Shown here piece by piece: positions 17,418-25,697 of a stretch of DNA of 37,670 nt. The notes under the pieces were generated by a model, which was not told the origin of the DNA, made no database searches, and was given only the letters and a program-made list of their open reading frames with translations. Both the position numbers and the translations under genes were made by a program. This DNA is from Thermodesulfatator sp. (GTDB lineage Bacteria; Desulfobacterota; Thermodesulfobacteria; Thermodesulfobacteriales; Thermodesulfobacteriaceae): positions 1 to 37,670 of the forward strand of contig QOAM01000056.1 in NCBI GenBank assembly GCA_003978075.1, given 5' to 3'. Each line of letters opens with the position of its first letter. Positions within the stretch are counted from its first letter, which is position 1.

Positions 17418-18161
17418 TCATCCCCCAAGAGACCTCTCAAAATGCGGAGACCCCCTCCGGAGGGAAAGGATTTCTTTAACCCAGCGGGGGACCTCTTGAC
17501 TGGCTGGTCCGTAGCGGTGTTCATGGAAGAAATGGGCGTTTTCCGCAGGCTCCAGATTGATTTCCACACAATGGGCCCCGGCTTGGCGGGCCACCTCCAC
17601 GAAGCCCGCTGCCGGCCAAACCGTCCCTGAGGTCCCGATAGCCACGAAGAGATCGCAGGAAAGGAGGGCCTCGTAAATCTCCAAAAGATGGAAAGGCTCT
17701 TCTCCGAACCAGACCACGTGGGGTCTTAAGGTCCCTTTCTTTCCACAGGAGGGGCAAGGAGTCTCCGGAAAGATCTCTCCCTCTTCCCGGAAGATCCCTC
17801 TACAGGCCTCACAGCGCACCTTGAGAAGCTCTCCATGGAGGTGAAGCACTTTCTTGGAGCCTGCCCGCTCGTGAAGATCGTCCACATTTTGGGTGACCAG
17901 AAGAAACTCTCCAGGAAAGCGCCTTTCGAGATCGGCCAGGGCCCGGTGGGCCGGATTGGGTTTGACCCGGAGGAGATCGCGCCGGCGGGCGTTATAGAAC
18001 TCATGCACCAGACGAGGATTTTGCCGGAAACCCTCTGGGGTGGCCACCTCCTCAAGATTGTATCTTTCCCAGAGGCCCCCGGGGTCCCGAAAGGTGGGAA
18101 TGCCGGACTCCGCTGAAATCCCCGCCCCGGTGAGGATGACCAACTTCCGAAAGGGCTTCAT
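17418..18161 (-). CDS. cobB: NAD-dependent protein deacylase (class III sirtuin)
   Basis: TGAGISAESGIPTFR, FYNARR (YxxR desuccinylase-type motif), TQNVDDLH, LHG, two CxxC, GTSG. ATG at 18161 with RBS. Confidence 0.93.
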   Translation of the reverse strand: MKPFRKLVILTGAGISAESGIPTFRDPGGLWERYNLEEVATPEGFRQNPRLVHEFYNARRRDLLRVKPNPAHRALADLERRFPGEFLLVTQNVDDLHERAGSKKVLHLHGELLKVRCEACRGIFREEGEIFPETPCPSCGKKGTLRPHVVWFGEEPFHLLEIYEALLSCDLFVAIGTSGTVWPAAGFVEVARQAGAHCVEINLEPAENAHFFHEHRYGPASQEVPRWVKEILSLRRGSPHFERSLGG

Positions 18162-18232
18162 AAGCACCTTTCTCCTTACTATCGCCAGGTCTCGCCTCTC
18201 TCCAGCCAGAAAGGTCGAGAGTAAGGTGAGGG

Positions 18233-19525
18233 TCAGGATTGGGCCAGCTCCCGGAAGGCTTCCTCCGCCGCCGCAAGGGTCTCATCGATCTCTCTTTCCG
18301 TATGGGCCAGGGAGACGAAAGTTGCTTCAAACTGGGAGGGGGCGAAGTAGATGCCCCGGGCGGTCATAGCCCGCCAGAAGGCCCCGTAGCGGGCGGTGTC
18401 TGAAGCCGCGGCCTCAGCAAAGTTGGTCACCCGACCTTCCCGGAAAAAGAGGGTCATCATGGAGCCCACCCGATTTCCCGTGACCTTGAGACCAGCCTTG
18501 CGGGCTGCCTCAGAAAGCCCCTCAAAGAGCCGGGCCGAGAGCTCCTCCAGACGCTCGTAGGTCCCCGGTCGAGTGAGGATGCGCAGGGTGGTAAGGCCTG
18601 CAGCCACGGCCAAGGGATTTCCGGAAAGGGTCCCAGCCTGATAGACCGGGCCTTCAGGGGCCACATACTCCATGATCTCCGCCTTTCCCCCGTAGGCCCC
18701 TACCGGAAGCCCTCCACCGATGATCTTCCCCAGACAAGTGAGATCCGGCTCGACTCCGTAAAGGGCCTGGGCCCCTCCCAACCCCACCCGGAAACCGGTG
18801 ATCACCTCGTCAAAGATGAGAAGGGCCCCGTGTTTCCGAGTGATCTCTCGTAGGCCTTCCAGAAAACCGGGTTCCGGGGGCACCACCCCCATATTCCCGG
18901 CCACGGGTTCCACGATCACCGCGGCGATCTCCTTTCCCAGGGACTCAAAGCACTCCCGCACCGCAGAAAGGTCGTTGTAAGGAAGGCTCACGGTGTGGGC
19001 CACGATCTCTTCCGGCACTCCAGGGCTTCCCGGGATCCCCAGGGTGGCCACCCCAGAGCCGGCTTTTACCAGAAAGGAATCCGCATGGCCGTGATAGCAG
19101 CCGTCAAACTTCACGATCTTCTTGCGCCCGGTGTAGCCCCGGGCCAGGCGGATAGCGCTCATGGTGGCCTCGGTCCCGGAGTTGACTAAGCGGACCTTCT
19201 CCACCGAGGGCACACACTCACCGATCAGACGGGCCAGTTCCACCTCGCCCCAGGTGGGGGCCCCGAAGCTGGTCCCCCCTTCAGCCGCAGCCTTCACCGC
19301 AGCCACCACCTCTCGATGGGCGTGTCCCAGGATGAGCGGCCCCCAGGAGGCCACATAGTCGATGTAGCGCCGGCCGTCCACATCATAGAGAAACGGCCCC
19401 TCACCCCGCTCGAAAAAGAGGGGATCCGCCCCGACACTTTTACAGGCCCGCACCGGGCTGTTCACCCCTCCGGGAATAACCTTCAGGGCCTCGGCAAAAT
19501 AGATCTTGGACTTCGTTCCCGCCAT
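18233..19525 (-). CDS. hemL: Glutamate-1-semialdehyde 2,1-aminomutase
   Basis: [52 protein letters not shown]. The ATG at 19525 follows GAGGAGG. Confidence 0.97.
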   Translation of the reverse strand: MAGTKSKIYFAEALKVIPGGVNSPVRACKSVGADPLFFERGEGPFLYDVDGRRYIDYVASWGPLILGHAHREVVAAVKAAAEGGTSFGAPTWGEVELARLIGECVPSVEKVRLVNSGTEATMSAIRLARGYTGRKKIVKFDGCYHGHADSFLVKAGSGVATLGIPGSPGVPEEIVAHTVSLPYNDLSAVRECFESLGKEIAAVIVEPVAGNMGVVPPEPGFLEGLREITRKHGALLIFDEVITGFRVGLGGAQALYGVEPDLTCLGKIIGGGLPVGAYGGKAEIMEYVAPEGPVYQAGTLSGNPLAVAAGLTTLRILTRPGTYERLEELSARLFEGLSEAARKAGLKVTGNRVGSMMTLFFREGRVTNFAEAAASDTARYGAFWRAMTARGIYFAPSQFEATFVSLAHTEREIDETLAAAEEAFRELAQS

Positions 19526-19586
19526 CTTTACCTCCTCCTCTGCGGTGAGGATCATACCCCAGCCCCTCTCGTGAAAGAGAGGGACT

Positions 19587-20099
19587 TTAGTCCCGCGGGC
19601 GGTGCTTTTTCCACCAACGTAAGAAAAGCTTGCGTTTCAGGGCCGAAAGGTGATCCACATAGAGGACACCGTTCAGGTGATCTAATTCATGCTGCACGGC
19701 CCGGGCCCCCAGCCCCTCAAGCTCCATCTCAAAGGGTTTACCCTCCCGATCCAAGGCGCGCACCAGCACCCGGGCCAGGCGCTTGACCTTGGCGGAATAG
19801 CCCGGAATGCTCAGACAACCCTCCTCCTCGTAGAGTTCTCCTTCCCCCTCCACGATTTCCGGGTTGAGGAAAAACAGGGGCTGGCGAGGGGCGTTTTCCT
19901 CCTTTTGAGAGAGATCTAACACAAAGACCCGCGAAAGCACCCCCACCTGGTTGGCCGCTAGCCCTAACCCCTTGGCGGCGTACATGGTCTCCAGCATGTC
20001 CTCCAGCAGGTTCTGGAGCCCTCCATCTATCTCTCGGATCTCTTGGGCCCGCTCCCGTAGAAGGGGATCCCCGTAAACCAGGATCTTACGTACGGCCAT
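19587..20099 (-). CDS. def: Peptide deformylase
   Basis: [22 protein letters not shown]. Confidence 0.96.
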   Translation of the reverse strand: MAVRKILVYGDPLLRERAQEIREIDGGLQNLLEDMLETMYAAKGLGLAANQVGVLSRVFVLDLSQKEENAPRQPLFFLNPEIVEGEGELYEEEGCLSIPGYSAKVKRLARVLVRALDREGKPFEMELEGLGARAVQHELDHLNGVLYVDHLSALKRKLFLRWWKKHRPRD

Positions 20100-21016
20100 A
20101 TCCTTTTCTCCAAACCGGCAATCAGCCCTTCCGGGCTATAAATCATTACCATTATAAGAATTATTCCAAAGATGGCCACCTCATAGTCCTCAAAGCGGGT
20201 GAGGAGTTCGGGCAACAAGGCTAGAAAGACCGCCCCCGTGACAGCCCCCCAGAGGCTGGCAATACCTCCTACCACCACCATGGTCACGAACTCTATGGAA
20301 TGAAGGAAGGTGAAGCTGTAGGGGCTGATAAAGGTCACGAAGTGGGCGTAGAGGGAGCCCGCCAGGGTGGCCAGGGCAACCGAAAAGAGGAAGACCCCCA
20401 TCTTCAAGCGATGGATGCTGTAGCCCAAGGAGCGCAGGGCTGGCTCGCTATCGTGTAGGGCCAGGAGGGCCCGGCCCCAAGGGGAATGGATAAGATGGAG
20501 ACTAACCACCAGGGCCAAAAGGACCAGGCTCCAGGTGAGGAGAAAGGTCTGGTGGAAGGAAAGGAAGGCCAGACTTCCTACCGTAAAGGGCGGGATACCC
20601 ACCAAGCCGGAGGGGCCTCCGGTAAGTCCTACGGCCTCCTTGAAGAAGATTTCCACGATGACTCCCAGACCCAGGGTGGCTAAGGCTAGATAATGCCCTC
20701 GCAGGCGTAAGGTGGGAAGCCCCACGAGAAAAGCCAGAAGCAGGGTAAGACCTTGGGCCCCGAGGAGGCCCCAAAGGGGGGACACGCCGTAACGTACACT
20801 CAGGATAGCCGAGACATAGGCCCCCAGGCCGTAAAAGGCAGCGTGTCCTAGGGAGACCTGGCCGGCGTAGCCCATGAGGAGGGAGAGTCCGATGACTACC
20901 AGCACCTGGAGCCCTACCATGGTGAGCACATTAAAGAGGTACTCGTTGTGGAGCCCTAAAAAGGCCGCTAACACCAAAAGGGCGAGAGCCCCTAACTTGA
21001 GATATTCCCGGAGCAT
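20027..21016 (-). CDS. livM: Branched-chain amino acid ABC permease, LivM-type
   Basis: GYAGQVSLGHAAFYGLGAY, LRLRGHYLALATL, TGGPSG; multiple TM segments. Confidence 0.88.
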   Translation of the reverse strand: MLREYLKLGALALLVLAAFLGLHNEYLFNVLTMVGLQVLVVIGLSLLMGYAGQVSLGHAAFYGLGAYVSAILSVRYGVSPLWGLLGAQGLTLLLAFLVGLPTLRLRGHYLALATLGLGVIVEIFFKEAVGLTGGPSGLVGIPPFTVGSLAFLSFHQTFLLTWSLVLLALVVSLHLIHSPWGRALLALHDSEPALRSLGYSIHRLKMGVFLFSVALATLAGSLYAHFVTFISPYSFTFLHSIEFVTMVVVGGIASLWGAVTGAVFLALLPELLTRFEDYEVAIFGIILIMVMIYSPEGLIAGLEKRIWPYVRSWFTGIPFYGSGPKRSER

Positions 21017-21017
21017 C

Positions 21018-21884
21018 CTAAAGCTTTTCCATTTTCTCGGGGCTAAGGAGGCCTTCGGGCCGCAGGAAGAGCACCACGAGGAGGAGGATGAAGGCTATGG
21101 CGTCCTTGTAAGCGGAGGAAAGGTAGCCTGCGGCTAGGGCCTCGAGTATCCCCAGGATGAAGCCCCCGAGGAGGGCCCCTCCGGCGGAGCCCAGGCCTCC
21201 AAAAACCGCCGCGCTGAAACCCTTGAGACCCAGCATAGTGCCCATGTCGTAGCTGGCAAAGACCAGAGGGGCAATCACCGTCCCGGCTAGCCCCGAGAGG
21301 GCCGCACTGATTCCGAAGGCTAGGCAGGTAAGTCCAGAAAGATTGATGCCTAAAATCCGGGCCCCGAAGCGATTGTAGGCGCAGGCTCGCATGGCCTTGC
21401 CCCAGAGGGTGTAGCGAAAAAAGGCCGCCACCACCACGAAGACCAGGGCTGAAGTCCCCAACACCAGGAGACCCTGCCGCGGGAGCGCGGCCTTAAAGAA
21501 AGAGAGGGGAGGGCCTGCCCAAAAGGGCGAGGCTGGAAGGGGCTCCTTGCCCCAGAGGAGCATGGCTACCCCTTTGAGGAGGATGGAGACCCCGATGGTG
21601 ATGATGATGAGGGTGAGGGGGGAGGCCTCCCGCGCCGGACGGATAGTGAATCTTTCAGTGAGGATCCCGGTGAGGGTGGCCCCCGCTAGCGCCAGAGGGA
21701 GGACCAGCAGGAGGGGCCAGCCCCGGCCAGCCAACCAGGCCGTGAGCATGGCCCCCACCATGACGAACTCCCCCTGGGCAAAGTTGATCACCCCGGTGGC
21801 GCTGTAAATGATCATAAAGCCCAGGGCGATCAGGGCGTAAATGGCCCCGTTTACCAGCCCGGAGAAGAGGAGCTCCAGGATCAT
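21018..21884 (-). CDS. livH: Branched-chain amino acid ABC permease, LivH-type
   Basis: YALIALG...INFAQGEF, GKAMRA, FGGLGS, RPEGL. Confidence 0.9.
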   Translation of the reverse strand: MILELLFSGLVNGAIYALIALGFMIIYSATGVINFAQGEFVMVGAMLTAWLAGRGWPLLLVLPLALAGATLTGILTERFTIRPAREASPLTLIIITIGVSILLKGVAMLLWGKEPLPASPFWAGPPLSFFKAALPRQGLLVLGTSALVFVVVAAFFRYTLWGKAMRACAYNRFGARILGINLSGLTCLAFGISAALSGLAGTVIAPLVFASYDMGTMLGLKGFSAAVFGGLGSAGGALLGGFILGILEALAAGYLSSAYKDAIAFILLLVVLFLRPEGLLSPEKMEKL

Positions 21885-23023
21885 TCTTTAAGTAGGTGGA
21901 AATCCCCTCCACGAATCTCTACCAGCACAAAGGCCTCCCGCTCGGAAAGGCCGTTGTGATCCTGGGGACTCATATTGAAGATGCCGTGGATGCCCCGGAC
22001 CCCTTTCATGTTTTCCAAGGCGTCGCGGATGGCCTTCCGATCGGCTCCGGCCTGGGCCAGGGCCTTTTTCAGCAATAGAAAGGCGTCATAGGCGTGTCCC
22101 CCAAAAGAAGAAGGCTCCACTCCGTAGCGGGCCTTATACCGCTTGATGTAGCTCAGGAGCAAGGGCTTCTGAGGATCGGTGTCCGGAAGCTCGTGGGCCA
22201 CGATGAGCTTCCCCGCGGGAAGGATAATGCCCTCGGCGGCCTTCCCCGCCAGCTCGATAAAGCGCCGGGAGGCCACCCCATGGCTCATGATGAGCTTCTG
22301 GGTCATGCCCAGCTCGCGCATGTTCCGGGCTACGATGGCCGGGCCGGGGTTGGTCCCCCAGCAGATCACGGCCTGGGCCTTGGCCTTCCGGATGCGGATG
22401 AGTTGAGGCTTCATGTCCGTATCTTTGGGGCCGAAGAGCTCGTCAGCCACAATGGTGATCCCGTATTGCGGGGCCAGACGCTTTAATTCCTGGCGTCCGC
22501 TCTGGCCGAAACCGTTAGAGACGGTGAGGATCCCCACCCGGGTGAGGCCGTGGGCCTTGAGGTAACCGTAAATCTTTTTGACGGCTAGGCGGTCGCTCTG
22601 GGCCACCTTGAAGACGTAGGGACGCACCGGCTCCACGATGCGGATACCCGCGGCGCAGGAGATGAGCGGCACCCGATAGCGTTCGGCCAGAGGGGCCACC
22701 GCCAGACTGGTCCCGGTGCGGCTGGGGCCGATCACCGCCAGCACCCGATCCTGGGTCACCAGGCGCATGAACTTCTGGACCGTCAGGGTCTCTTCCCCCT
22801 GAGTATCGTAGATAATGGCCTCCACCGGATGCCCGTTGATCCCCCCGGCCCGGTTGACCTCCTCCACCAGCATCTCTAGGGTCTTCTTTTCCGGATCCCC
22901 GATGAAGGAGGTGGGCCCAGTTACGGAAAAGAGGGCCCCGATACGATAAGGCTTCTTGGCCTGCCCCAAGGAACCCCAAAGGAAAAGGAGACCTCCTAGG
23001 AAGATAGCCAACCAGTTGCGCAT
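21881..23023 (-). CDS. LivJ/K-type ABC substrate-binding protein
   Basis: Signal peptide, IGALFSVTGP..FIG, GGINGHP, YDT, GHAYDA; RBS AGGAGG. Confidence 0.88.
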   Translation of the reverse strand: MRNWLAIFLGGLLFLWGSLGQAKKPYRIGALFSVTGPTSFIGDPEKKTLEMLVEEVNRAGGINGHPVEAIIYDTQGEETLTVQKFMRLVTQDRVLAVIGPSRTGTSLAVAPLAERYRVPLISCAAGIRIVEPVRPYVFKVAQSDRLAVKKIYGYLKAHGLTRVGILTVSNGFGQSGRQELKRLAPQYGITIVADELFGPKDTDMKPQLIRIRKAKAQAVICWGTNPGPAIVARNMRELGMTQKLIMSHGVASRRFIELAGKAAEGIILPAGKLIVAHELPDTDPQKPLLLSYIKRYKARYGVEPSSFGGHAYDAFLLLKKALAQAGADRKAIRDALENMKGVRGIHGIFNMSPQDHNGLSEREAFVLVEIRGGDFHLLKE

Positions 23024-23053
23024 CTTAAACCTCCTTTTGGAAATATTTGGAGG

Positions 23054-23104
23054 ATAATGCCAGGTAGGAGCTCTATTGTCAAACCAGGACTTGCCCGGTA
23101 AAAA
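23054..23104. promoter_or_regulatory. Back-to-back putative sigma70 promoters for liv (-) and iorA (+)
   Basis: Minus strand TTGACA-17-CATTAT (23082 to 23054); plus strand TTGTCA-17-TAAAAA (23076-23104). Confidence 0.5.
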
Positions 23105-23130
23105 GGGGCAAAGGCGGAAAAGGAGGCCTT

Positions 23131-24810
23131 ATGCACCCTCTTTTAGCCAGGGAAGGAGAGCGGCGAATCCTTCTGGGAAACGAGGCCATTGTGCGCGGGG
23201 CTTTGGAGGCGGGCCTGCGGGTGGGAGCGGCTTATCCCGGAACCCCTTCTTCAGAGATAGGTAACCACCTCTTTGCCTTGGCCCAAGAGCTCCCCGGACT
23301 CTATTTTGAGTTCTCGGTGAATGAGAAGGTGGCCCTGGAGGTGGCTGCGGCGGCAGCGGCCTGTGGCCTGCGCGCCCTCACCTGCATGAAACACGTGGGT
23401 CTCAACGTGGCGGCTGATCCCTTCCTCACCCTGGCCTATGTGGGTGTAAAAGGGGGGATGGTGGTGGTCACCGCCGATGACCCTTCCTGCCATTCCAGCC
23501 AGAACGAGCAAGATAATCGCTATTATGCCCGCCTTTCCGGGCTTCCCATGCTGGAGCCGTCCACCCCAGAAGAGACCCGCCAGCAGGTGATCTACGCCTT
23601 TGAACTCTCGGAGAGACTGGAGTTGCCGGTCCTCCTCCGCACCACCACCCGGGTCTCCCATGCCCGGGGCCCGGTCCACTGCGGGCCCCTGGCGGATTAC
23701 CAGACTTTTCCTGAGGGACGCTTTGAAAAGGACCCCGGGCGTTGGATTCCGGTGCCGGCGGTGGCTCGCAAGCGGCACCAGGTGCTTCTCGAAAAGGCCC
23801 GGATGGCCGAAGAGGAAGCTCTCCGGTGCCCCTTTAACCGGATGGTCCAGCGCGGGCCGCTGGGGGTGGTAGCCTCCGGGGTCTCGGTCCTCTATGTGGA
23901 AGACGCCCTGCGGGAGCTAGGGCTGGAGGAGGTCTCCGTGCTCTATCTGGGCTTTACCCACCCCTTCCCTCGGGCCCTGGCTCGGGAGTTTCTCTCCGGC
24001 CTCGAAAGGTGCCTGGTGGTGGAGGAGCTCGAGCCCTATCTGGAAGAGGCCCTCAAGGTCACGGCCCAGGAGGTCGGTCTCCCGGTAAAGATCTTGGGCA
24101 AGACCCAGGGGTACCTCCCCCGTTATCATGAATTTCATCCGGGGATGGTCAAGTCCGCCCTAGCCCGGGCCTTTGAACTAGATTGGCAGCCTCCGGAGAA
24201 GCCGGATACCTCCTGGATCCCGGAACTTCCCCCCCGTCCCCCCACCCTCTGCCCGGGCTGCCCTCACCGGGAGACTTATAAACTCCTCAAAGAGGTCCTG
24301 CAAGAAATGGGAGAGGAGACAGATACTATTTACCCTACAGACATAGGTTGCTATACCCTGGGGCTCTTACCCCCTTTGCGCATGGCTGACTACCTCCTTT
24401 GCATGGGTTCCAGTGTGGGCTCCTCCTGCGGGTTTTCGGTAGCCACTAAGCAACGGATCGTTTCTTTTATCGGAGATTCCACCTTTTTTCATGCCGGTCT
24501 CCCCCCTTTGGTAAACGCCCTTTACCAAGGGCACCGTTTCACCCTGGTAGTCCTGGACAACGAGACCACGGCTATGACCGGCCATCAGCCGGTGCCTTCG
24601 CAGGAGTTGCGTCCAGAGGCCCTTCGGGATCGTCCGGTGATCCCCATCGCCCGGGTTTGTGAAGCGCTGGGAATCCCGACGGTAGAGATCAACCCTTACC
24701 GGAAAGCCGAGGCCAAGGAGAAGGTAAAGCCCGTACTTTCTTCGGGAAGACTGGGGGTGATCGTCTCCAAGGCCCCCTGCGTGCTCTACCGGGCCAAGTT
24801 CAAGAAATAA
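23131..24810 (+). CDS. iorA: Indolepyruvate:ferredoxin oxidoreductase alpha subunit lacking the C-terminal ferredoxin domain
   Basis: LLGNEAIVRGA, YPGTPSSEI, NEKVALE, KHVGLNVAAD, SSQNEQDNR, RPPTLCPGCPH, DIGCY, GDSTFFH, DNETTAMTG; ends at APCVLYRAKFKK. Confidence 0.92.
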   Translation: MHPLLAREGERRILLGNEAIVRGALEAGLRVGAAYPGTPSSEIGNHLFALAQELPGLYFEFSVNEKVALEVAAAAAACGLRALTCMKHVGLNVAADPFLTLAYVGVKGGMVVVTADDPSCHSSQNEQDNRYYARLSGLPMLEPSTPEETRQQVIYAFELSERLELPVLLRTTTRVSHARGPVHCGPLADYQTFPEGRFEKDPGRWIPVPAVARKRHQVLLEKARMAEEEALRCPFNRMVQRGPLGVVASGVSVLYVEDALRELGLEEVSVLYLGFTHPFPRALAREFLSGLERCLVVEELEPYLEEALKVTAQEVGLPVKILGKTQGYLPRYHEFHPGMVKSALARAFELDWQPPEKPDTSWIPELPPRPPTLCPGCPHRETYKLLKEVLQEMGEETDTIYPTDIGCYTLGLLPPLRMADYLLCMGSSVGSSCGFSVATKQRIVSFIGDSTFFHAGLPPLVNALYQGHRFTLVVLDNETTAMTGHQPVPSQELRPEALRDRPVIPIARVCEALGIPTVEINPYRKAEAKEKVKPVLSSGRLGVIVSKAPCVLYRAKFKK

Positions 24811-24912
24811 AAAGAATCGCTAAGACTTCCGGGTTTTTTCCGGTGCTCTCTCCAAGCGAATTCCTTTAAAGGAAGGAGGGGGTTCGTGTACGCACGCTCC
24901 GGTAGGGAGGAG

Positions 24913-24941
24913 TTGTCAAAGAGAAGGGCGGAGGGCATAAT
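24913..24941 (+). promoter_or_regulatory. Putative sigma70 promoter of the CBS-ACT gene
   Basis: TTGTCA-17 bp-CATAAT, 30 nt upstream of an ATG that has RBS GGAGG/AAGGAG. Confidence 0.6.
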
Positions 24942-24971
24942 GGAAAAGCAGATTTTGCGAGGAGGAAGGAG

Positions 24972-25697
24972 ATGCTGGTCAAGGACTGGATGAGCAAAGA
25001 AGTGATTGTGCTCGATGAGAATGCTTCCATCATGAAGGCCTCTCAAATCATGAAAGAAAACAACATCCGACGTATTCCGGTGGTGCGCGGGGGAAGATTG
25101 GTGGGCATCATTAGTGACCGGGACATCAAGGAGGCCACCCCTTCGAAGGCCACGGCCCTGGATGTCCACGAACTCTACTATCTTCTGGCTGAGGTGCGGG
25201 TAAAAGACATCATGACCCCAGACCCTATCACCGTGCGTCCGGAGGACACCGTGGAGTACGCGGCGGTGCTCATGCTAGAAAACCGCATTTCTGGGCTCCC
25301 GGTGGTGGACGAAAGGGGTCAGGTAGTGGGCATCATTACCCAGACCGACATCTTCAAACTTTTTGTGAACATCACCGGGGTCTATCAGGGCCCTATTCAG
25401 GTAGGACTCATCCTGGAGGACCCGGGCACCCTGGACGAGGTCACGCGGATCATTGTGGAACACGGGGCCCAGATCGTGAGCATCCTTACCTATCGGGATG
25501 AACTCGAGCCCAAGAAGCGGCAAGTATTCGTGAGGATGACCGAGCTCCCGGAGGAGGAATTCCAAAAGCTCCTCCAGGTCTTGAGTACTCGGTATCAGGT
25601 GCGTTATTGGGCCCGAGACGATGTGACCCGCATCCGGCCCCGGGATATCAGCGCCACCAGAAAAGCCATTTTAGAGGAGCCCCTCTCCGAGGTCTAA
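24972..25697 (+). CDS. CBS-pair plus ACT domain protein (AcuB-like)
   Basis: MLVKDWM, RRIPVV..GRLVGIISDRD, PSKATALDVHELYYLL, SGLPVV..GIITQTD; ACT-like DPGTL..V..II...GAQIVSI. Confidence 0.85.
   Translation: MLVKDWMSKEVIVLDENASIMKASQIMKENNIRRIPVVRGGRLVGIISDRDIKEATPSKATALDVHELYYLLAEVRVKDIMTPDPITVRPEDTVEYAAVLMLENRISGLPVVDERGQVVGIITQTDIFKLFVNITGVYQGPIQVGLILEDPGTLDEVTRIIVEHGAQIVSILTYRDELEPKKRQVFVRMTELPEEEFQKLLQVLSTRYQVRYWARDDVTRIRPRDISATRKAILEEPLSEV

Noticed and set aside
17418-18161. Sirtuin as a SIR2 anti-phage effector, or as cobyrinate diamide synthase because of the neighbouring cbi genes
   Set aside because: It is a canonical Zn-binding class III CobB deacylase; the shared gene name and convergent position are coincidental.
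23030-23053. CCTCC/GGAGG pairing over the SBP ribosome-binding site as an RNA thermometer
   Set aside because: The stem is only 5 bp with a 14-nt loop, and its 5' arm probably lies at or upstream of the predicted TSS.
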